Shown piece after piece: positions 16,830 to 22,894 of a stretch of 32,000 nt of DNA. The stretch is from Balneolaceae bacterium UBA7797 (GTDB lineage: Bacteria; Bacteroidota; Rhodothermia; Balneolales; Balneolaceae). Under the pieces are notes generated by a model that saw only the letters and a program-made list of their open reading frames with translations, made no database searches and was not told the origin of the DNA. The position numbers were made by a program, and so were the translations under genes. The DNA lies in contig DLCN01000003.1 of NCBI GenBank assembly GCA_002480645.1, positions 276,355 to 308,354 on the forward strand, in the 5' to 3' direction. Numbering within the stretch: position 1 is the stretch's first letter; every line of letters starts with the position of its first letter.

Positions 16830-17330
16830 TCAGATATAATCGATCTCAATTTTAAATTCGCCTCTGTAGTTTCCCGGTGCTGCATTTTCAAGATTTACTC
16901 TGCCGCCAACCCAGAAATAGAAACGACCCTCTGTATTAAATCGTTGAACTTCATCCTGATTCTCGATAATAATGGATGTAGCCTGTTCTTCGATATTATT
17001 TCTGGAGATCTCGTAAACAAAGGTCAGAGTCCCGGTTTCCTGTTGATTGGTGAGAGTAACTTCTTCGTTATAATCTAACCTGAATTCTGAACGGGGTGTT
17101 CCTATTGCGATCATGAACCCGGCATTGGTGTCCATGATCGGATTTACATAAAGTTCGGTTTGTCCCGGTCTTACCCGACCAAAGGTCATTGTATTTACCG
17201 TGATCAACTCGATGGTTTGAACCATCGTGGTCTTAACGCCAATATTAGCGGTGATCTCGGCAGATTTTTGAGCCTGAGCATCCGTAAAAGCGATGGTAAA
17301 TAATAAAAGTATCGTGAAGATATACTTCAT
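16830..17330 (-). CDS. DUF4402/SCPU-like secreted fibre subunit paralogue
   Basis: 166 aa. Signal peptide (..TDAQAQ), MTFGRVRPG motif, C-terminal GNYRGEFKIEIDYI. First gene after a 97-nt intergenic gap. Confidence 0.6.
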   Translation of the reverse strand: MKYIFTILLLFTIAFTDAQAQKSAEITANIGVKTTMVQTIELITVNTMTFGRVRPGQTELYVNPIMDTNAGFMIAIGTPRSEFRLDYNEEVTLTNQQETGTLTFVYEISRNNIEEQATSIIIENQDEVQRFNTEGRFYFWVGGRVNLENAAPGNYRGEFKIEIDYI

Positions 17331-17427
17331 AAAATTGCCGGGAGAATCTTTTTGTATAAAGATTGCATTTACAACACTTTTAAGCCAGTTAATCTTTCTT
17401 AATTAACTGATTGTAATTACTACCCCG

Positions 17428-17820
17428 TTACCAGGAGAAAGCGTTGAAGTAAAGAGGGGTCAGATCTATTTCCCGACCCTGTAATTGTAATGACCGTGGT
17501 AAGACCTCGGTTCTGGTCTGGCCATTTACCGTCATGAAATAATTGTAGGTAAGCGACTTATTTCGGTACCGACTTGAAAAATTTACTGTGATGGAATAGA
17601 CACTGTCAATTGGCTCATCGTCTACCATTACTAAACCTCTGGGATTATTAAGAGGGTAGAAGTCTCCTTTGATCTCCAGCACGTCTCCGCGTGATGGTAC
17701 AAAGACACTATCTTCCAGCTCAGATCTCATATCAACATTGAAGGTTATCTTTGACTGTGCGAAGGCAGAGCCTGAGATCAACAACGAGAATAGTAGCAAA
17801 AGTAATGCTCTGAATTTCAT
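17428..17820 (-). CDS. Small secreted beta-sandwich protein (CBM20-like pattern), function unknown
   Basis: 130 aa. Signal peptide (..GSAFAQ). Pattern ITFNVDM...GDVLEIKGDF...GLVMVDD...YSITVNF...LTYNYF resembles starch/glycan-binding-module-like folds. Lies 15 nt after the 510-aa gene. Confidence 0.6.
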   Translation of the reverse strand: MKFRALLLLLFSLLISGSAFAQSKITFNVDMRSELEDSVFVPSRGDVLEIKGDFYPLNNPRGLVMVDDEPIDSVYSITVNFSSRYRNKSLTYNYFMTVNGQTRTEVLPRSLQLQGREIDLTPLYFNAFSW

Positions 17821-17835
17821 GAAGATATTTTGTGA

Positions 17836-19368
17836 TTATTGCCCGGTAGTGGTTGTTGTTCCATCACTATCGTCCTTTTCCGTGGTGGTAGTAGCCGGAA
17901 CTTCTTTAACTTTATCTTTCCAATACACTACAGAGAATACGCTCTCACGAGGAAAAGCAGGGGGAATGTACCCTTTTAGACGGGCATCGTATTGATAGTT
18001 TTTTGAATACCCGGAAACCGCCTGATTGGTATTAGCATTAAAAGTACCAACCGGACCACGATTCTTTTGAACAATTCCACCAAATAGATTTATGGTGCCT
18101 TTTAGCCCCCCGGAACTGTTATTATAATTTTCAACATAGAAAGATGAATTCAGTGCCATGATGGAAGCCTGAATATCAATATCCTGCGTACCACTATCTC
18201 TGTGTGCATTCTGGTCAACAACAACATCACTTTCGCTTACAAGCCCCAAAATATCTGTAGTTACGCTATCCACTCTCGGATCGGTATAATAGGTGATGTC
18301 GCCAATGATATCGATGTCATCTTCGGCGTGTACAGTGATCTCACCTTTAACAATTCCTTTTACCTCAGCTTTACCGGAGGTAGAGATGATACCGTTAAAC
18401 TCGTTCATGGTATAGGATTCAGTTTCTTCAGATTCCACATTGTAGGTCCAGCAACCGAACCAACCGCAACGTACTTCCTGGGTTACGGTAGTAGTGATGA
18501 TGTCAACATATCCGAGCTCATCATCAGCGCTGAACATTACTTTAATGTCGTTATCGAAACGAAGCCCGCCATCGTCGGCAGCAGTAACGAGTTTTTCTAA
18601 TTCATAATTAGTCGGAGCTTCTTTTTCCGGTGCATTAAAGTTAGAACCTCCGTAGAAATTCGGGTTTGTCGGATTAGTTTCGTGAGCAACCCAATTATTC
18701 GGGCTGGTGATCAGACCATAAAACGTTGGGTCTCCGGACATTCTGAATGTTCCGTTTGTATGAATCGGACCGTAGATCTCATCCCCGCTAAAGAACCAGA
18801 TCTCCTGTCCATCAGCTCCCAGTTCAGATTGGGTCATGTATGCATACTTACTGAAAGAATCGCGCTGCATCAGAACCTCAGTTTTAACTTCCACATCCTG
18901 GAAAGTGGTGGCGCTTACGAAAAGGGCTTTGTACTGATCCCAGGTACCAACACTATTATCCGTTGGTATATTTTCACTGCTTTGTGTATATGTAGTTAAA
19001 AGGCCACTTACGGTTGTTCCAACCGTAGATACCACATTTGAATTATCATCAGCGGAATAATTGGCTGTTGATGTAATATTGCCAATAGTTCGGAGGGTTT
19101 TGTCGGTTAATGTACTTGTGAGGTTAGAAGTAATATCACTGACATTGGCTACCTCATTAATATCAATAGTACCCGTCCAGTCATTATCCTTTTTCATATG
19201 CTCGATAGCATTATCGATAAGACTCTTGGATAAATTTCTTGCCTGTTGTTCCTGATAATAACTGATCGTTTTTTCAGGGATGGTCTCCATACGTTTGGCA
19301 TTATTCACCTGTACAAGACCAGTGATAATTGTTAAGCCGCTAACTAGAAAAAGTAAACTTTTACCCAT
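17836..19368 (-). CDS. Large pilin-like protein (PilX_N/GspK-like N-terminus), module 2
   Basis: 510 aa. Short leader MGKS, then a ~20-aa hydrophobic helix, then a helical segment (QEQQARNLSKSLIDNAIEHM) as in PilX-N/GspK-type minor pilins. The C-terminal region has GPIHTNG..., INLFGGIVQKNRGPVGTF and YQYDARL..PPAFP motifs and a Thr-rich tail. Confidence 0.45.
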   Translation of the reverse strand: MGKSLLFLVSGLTIITGLVQVNNAKRMETIPEKTISYYQEQQARNLSKSLIDNAIEHMKKDNDWTGTIDINEVANVSDITSNLTSTLTDKTLRTIGNITSTANYSADDNSNVVSTVGTTVSGLLTTYTQSSENIPTDNSVGTWDQYKALFVSATTFQDVEVKTEVLMQRDSFSKYAYMTQSELGADGQEIWFFSGDEIYGPIHTNGTFRMSGDPTFYGLITSPNNWVAHETNPTNPNFYGGSNFNAPEKEAPTNYELEKLVTAADDGGLRFDNDIKVMFSADDELGYVDIITTTVTQEVRCGWFGCWTYNVESEETESYTMNEFNGIISTSGKAEVKGIVKGEITVHAEDDIDIIGDITYYTDPRVDSVTTDILGLVSESDVVVDQNAHRDSGTQDIDIQASIMALNSSFYVENYNNSSGGLKGTINLFGGIVQKNRGPVGTFNANTNQAVSGYSKNYQYDARLKGYIPPAFPRESVFSVVYWKDKVKEVPATTTTEKDDSDGTTTTTGQ

Positions 19369-19377
19369 GACTACACC

Positions 19378-19962
19378 TCAGAAAGGTAAATTGATGTTAT
19401 TTGGAACAAATATCCTTTTCCAAACACTTTTAGGATATTCTTTCACTGAACTTGAAACGGAATAAGGTTCTCCGGTTTCTACAATAAGCTGAACCTCAAC
19501 CTGTCGAACAAATTCGGGATTGGATGTTTCGGTGCCATTTCCAGTGTAATACTTGAGCTGGAAAAAGGTCGCCGGAAATTTAATGGTACCGTATGAATTG
19601 GCACTGGTAGGCCCTACACGCTTCAGATAATAATCATTAGGATTAGAAGTGGTGGTAACCGGGTCGGAGGTATCGAGATACCATCTTACATTGGTTACCC
19701 CAAAATTATCGGTGTCGTGCGCATCAGATTGAAAGATGATATCGTCATCATCTATTCTTGAAAACGGATCAGAAGATCCGGTGTTAAAACCAATGCGATT
19801 AAAATCATTGGTCATAACCGTTACAATATCATTGATATTATTTTGATTGATGGAGTTTAGGGTAAGTTCCTGTGTGGTAAGTAATACCTGCTGGTTAAAA
19901 CTTAAAATGGAGATCAGGAAAATTCCACCTACTAAAAATGTTGTTACAATACCTACGTTCAT
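19378..19962 (-). CDS. Pilin-like protein (GspJ/PilW-like size and position), module 2
   Basis: 194 aa. Leader MNVG plus a hydrophobic helix. Clear paralogue of 21647-22261 (QELTLNS..TNDFNRIGFN; TSNPNDYYLKR; WKRIFVPNNI). Confidence 0.45.
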   Translation of the reverse strand: MNVGIVTTFLVGGIFLISILSFNQQVLLTTQELTLNSINQNNINDIVTVMTNDFNRIGFNTGSSDPFSRIDDDDIIFQSDAHDTDNFGVTNVRWYLDTSDPVTTTSNPNDYYLKRVGPTSANSYGTIKFPATFFQLKYYTGNGTETSNPEFVRQVEVQLIVETGEPYSVSSSVKEYPKSVWKRIFVPNNINLPF

Positions 19963-19971
19963 GCTTTCACC

Positions 19972-20391
19972 TTAGTAACTATATGATTTAACATAATTAA
20001 GGGTGATAAAGATATCGGGATCGAAAGTGGTGTTTACCACTGTTACCCCAACCTGATAGCGACGTATTGAACCGTCATCTTCGATCATTTCCGATTCTGC
20101 ATACAAGTAAAAATCATCGGAATACTGATCACTTGAGCCATAATTATAAGTGATCGTTTTCGGGTAATCACTGTAAATATAGCGTCCATCATCCGGGTCG
20201 AGCTCTTCTTCAGCATAGATCCACTGAACCTTGTCCAATTCATCCTGTGCGATAGCAATAGCCCTGTATTCGGCTTCAGCTCTGTAAAGAGTCTGCCGGG
20301 ACTGGTTATAGCTCCGGGATGTATTTATGGCCAGCATGGAGAAGACCATCATGGCAGCCGTTAAAAAGATTATTTCAGCGTAGCTCGACAT
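19972..20391 (-). CDS. Small pilin-like protein (GspI/PilV-like size and position), module 2
   Basis: 139 aa. N-terminus MSSYAEIIFLTAAMMVFSMLAI (Glu 3 residues after the putative cleavage site). Paralogue of 22267-22770 (shared AIAIAQD motif). Confidence 0.45.
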   Translation of the reverse strand: MSSYAEIIFLTAAMMVFSMLAINTSRSYNQSRQTLYRAEAEYRAIAIAQDELDKVQWIYAEEELDPDDGRYIYSDYPKTITYNYGSSDQYSDDFYLYAESEMIEDDGSIRRYQVGVTVVNTTFDPDIFITLNYVKSYSY

Positions 20392-20525
20392 TTTCAGAGT
20401 TTATTATATTTGAAAATACTCAATGTTCGCCCCTTATGTAATTAGACTGTATTAATTAAAATAATCTAAAAAAGCTATTTAAGTCTGCTAAAATTACCAA
20501 TCAGCTCCTAAAATGAAAAGGGCGG

Positions 20526-21635
20526 CTATTCAAAGGTACTTACCAGATTATACCGGTTCTGTTTTAAGTGATTTGCAGATGCCGTTCTTGCATAATCAAT
20601 GGCTAAACAATCATATTGGATATGGATGTTTCCACTCAGGTCCACATCCAGTGTGTTATTATTGTCGTCAGTATTTCCGATCAGAACTGACCCGTTAAGA
20701 TCTGGAGTACCTTTACCATCGAAGTCGAACGCATTTTCGAATACGATCAAACCGTTGAATGTAAAGTTACCGGCTACAGAAAGCGCCCCTTCATACTCCA
20801 GTTCTCCGCCGGAACGGATAACCAAAATTCCATAACCATCAGAGATACCACCCGTTAACTTTGCATAAGATTCTACAAAAAATATACCCGGATCGTCCGC
20901 AGAACCAAATTCCCCCTTATAATTCCCGCTGATGTGCTGAACTCCGGGTTGACCGGCAAGTCGTGCAATTAATTCATCTACCGGCTTGTAGGAGATGTCC
21001 GGATCGATGGAAATCTTATCAACGCTACTTTCCAGGTCACCATACTTACCGAATGCACCGGTTGTTACTTCCGCATAGCTGGAAAGATCAGGAACCGTGA
21101 TCGCGGGAATATCGGGACAGGTGCCACTGGCATCGTTTCCACTAATGGATGAGCTGCCTCCCATGCTAAAAGTGAAATTATCAGAGGCAAAGCCTAATCC
21201 GCCTTTTGGTTCGGGAACGAAATTCAACGCTGATTTAATGTAAGTACTGATCACCGTATGACTGGTGGAAGAGCTTTTGTATGAGGCTGAGCCTTTGGTT
21301 CCTTGTCCTCCGTACCAGGAAGTACTGTAAATTCTTATGGTATCCGGATCTAATATGGTTGCGCCTGCTGCTATCACATCATAATAAAGTTCAGTGTACG
21401 CTCCGTCGATCTCGTTTTCCCAGGGATTATTCACACTCGGCGACCAGGACGGATCCTGATTGATCTTTTCCATTGCCAATTGAATGGCACTGTGAGCTGT
21501 ATTCTTTGACTGTATCTCTTTGGCGTATTCAGAGGTGAGGCGTTGTACACGTTCTCGTTGGCTGTACATGCCGAGCCGGATGATCCCCAGCACCATGATT
21601 GCGCCAACCGATAAAATTACCATTCCACGTCCCAT
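20526..21635 (-). CDS. Large pilin-like protein (PilX_N/GspK-like N-terminus), module 1
   Basis: 369 aa. Leader MGRG plus a hydrophobic helix, then a helical segment (EIQSKNTAHSAIQLAMEKI). The C-terminal beta-helix-like motif GYGILVIRSGGELEYEGALSVAGNFTFNGLIVFENAFDFDGKGTPDLNGSVLIGN...GNIHIQY is typical of large tip-type minor pilins. Confidence 0.45.
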   Translation of the reverse strand: MGRGMVILSVGAIMVLGIIRLGMYSQRERVQRLTSEYAKEIQSKNTAHSAIQLAMEKINQDPSWSPSVNNPWENEIDGAYTELYYDVIAAGATILDPDTIRIYSTSWYGGQGTKGSASYKSSSTSHTVISTYIKSALNFVPEPKGGLGFASDNFTFSMGGSSSISGNDASGTCPDIPAITVPDLSSYAEVTTGAFGKYGDLESSVDKISIDPDISYKPVDELIARLAGQPGVQHISGNYKGEFGSADDPGIFFVESYAKLTGGISDGYGILVIRSGGELEYEGALSVAGNFTFNGLIVFENAFDFDGKGTPDLNGSVLIGNTDDNNNTLDVDLSGNIHIQYDCLAIDYARTASANHLKQNRYNLVSTFE

Positions 21636-21646
21636 AGAACTACTCC

Positions 21647-22261
21647 TTAGTTATCCCGAAGGTTTACTGGTGAGAATCTTTTCGTCCATGAGGTGCTTAC
21701 GTATGAGTCGTTTGAAAAACTATTACGTTTTAAGCCCACAGAACTCTGTGTATTCATGATTATCTCGATCTGAGTGATAGAATCAATCGTGGATTTTGCA
21801 GTTTTTGCATAGATGGGAGTCGGGAGCGGGGTAGTGCTTCCTAGGGATGAATAATACCGGATCTCGAAATCAACAACACCAGTATTCATTTCAACGGTAC
21901 TGCCATTTACTGTTCTTTTAAGAACAAAATCGTTTGGGTTTGGTGTGGATGTGACGGAATCACTTGTAAACTCCCACCGGATCAATTCAAGGGATTCATC
22001 CGCACTGTTGTCTATATTGGCATAGAATTCAATAAAATCATCCCCCGCAGCTCTGATCAGGGTGTCCGGTAATGAATTCCGGTTATAACCGATCTTCGGA
22101 AAATCGTAGGTAAGAGTCTCGACAACTTCTGAGACTTTAGTTTTTTGGATTTCCTGAAGTGTTAATTCATTTCCGCTAAAGTTAGTGTTATAGCCAACTG
22201 TGGTAATGATCACGATCAGAAATCCTGCAATGATATAGCTGAGTATTAATCCAAAGTTCAT
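21647..22261 (-). CDS. Pilin-like protein (GspJ/PilW-like size and position), module 1
   Basis: 204 aa. Leader MNFG plus a hydrophobic helix. Paralogue of 19378-19962 (NELTLQE..TYDFPKIGYN; TSTPNPNDFVLKR; WTKRFSPVNL). Confidence 0.45.
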   Translation of the reverse strand: MNFGLILSYIIAGFLIVIITTVGYNTNFSGNELTLQEIQKTKVSEVVETLTYDFPKIGYNRNSLPDTLIRAAGDDFIEFYANIDNSADESLELIRWEFTSDSVTSTPNPNDFVLKRTVNGSTVEMNTGVVDFEIRYYSSLGSTTPLPTPIYAKTAKSTIDSITQIEIIMNTQSSVGLKRNSFSNDSYVSTSWTKRFSPVNLRDN

Positions 22262-22266
22262 AGTGA

Positions 22267-22770
22267 TCAGTCAGCGTAAAAGCTTCGAAGAAACTTAAAA
22301 TGATAGTTGTTTGCAGAGCCGTTATTCTCCAGTATGTCGGAAGAAATAGTGATCTCCATTATTTTAAGTGTCGAAAAGCTATTAATCACATTCGATCCGT
22401 CATAATAATCAACAGAGATCGACACTTCGTAATCAACACCACCTGAAGTAGTGATTGTTTGGGTCCAGCCATCATAGTCATCAAAATCATCGAAATTTGC
22501 GCGGGTAGCTTCTCCGGCTTCAGGGCCCAGATTTGCGGTAAATCCTGAAGGTATATTAACCGGAACTCCACCATCGGTGGTTTCTTCATCAAAGGTAGTG
22601 GAACGGGATTCATCTATAAAATCCTGAGCAATGGCAATGACCTGATCCTCCAGTTCTCCCTCGACCATACTTTGGGTGTTGGTGATAATAGCCCGGTTCG
22701 AGTTCATAACAAGAAATGAAACCAGAATTAATGCTAAGATTGTTTGAAGTATTTCAGTGTATCCACTCAT
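22267..22770 (-). CDS. Small pilin-like protein (GspI/PilV-like size and position), module 1
   Basis: 167 aa. N-terminus MSGYTEILQTILALILVSFLVM. AIAIAQD motif shared with 19972-20391. Lies 5 nt upstream of the next gene. Confidence 0.45.
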   Translation of the reverse strand: MSGYTEILQTILALILVSFLVMNSNRAIITNTQSMVEGELEDQVIAIAQDFIDESRSTTFDEETTDGGVPVNIPSGFTANLGPEAGEATRANFDDFDDYDGWTQTITTSGGVDYEVSISVDYYDGSNVINSFSTLKIMEITISSDILENNGSANNYHFKFLRSFYAD

Positions 22771-22809
22771 ACAGTATAATACGATGCCTCAAATGACTTG
22801 GATTGTTCT

Positions 22810-22840
22810 ATTATATTAAAAAATTTTAATATTAAGTCAA
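22810..22840 (-). promoter_or_regulatory. Candidate sigma70-like promoter for the pilin-like gene block
   Basis: On the minus strand: TTGACT (22835-22840), a 19-nt AT-rich spacer, then TATAAT (22810-22815), ~40 nt upstream of the ATG at 22770. The spacer is longer than optimal. Confidence 0.3.
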
Positions 22841-22894
22841 GTTAATTTATTGAAAGAGGCAGCGACAGAAGGGAATGTTACAAATCGATCTGAA

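Noticed and set aside
20403-20412. Plus-strand TATATTTG box that could drive the antisense 61-aa ORF at 20513-20698
   Set aside because: The ORF is an unsupported shadow inside the 369-aa gene, and the motif sits in a very AT-rich intergenic tract where chance matches are expected.
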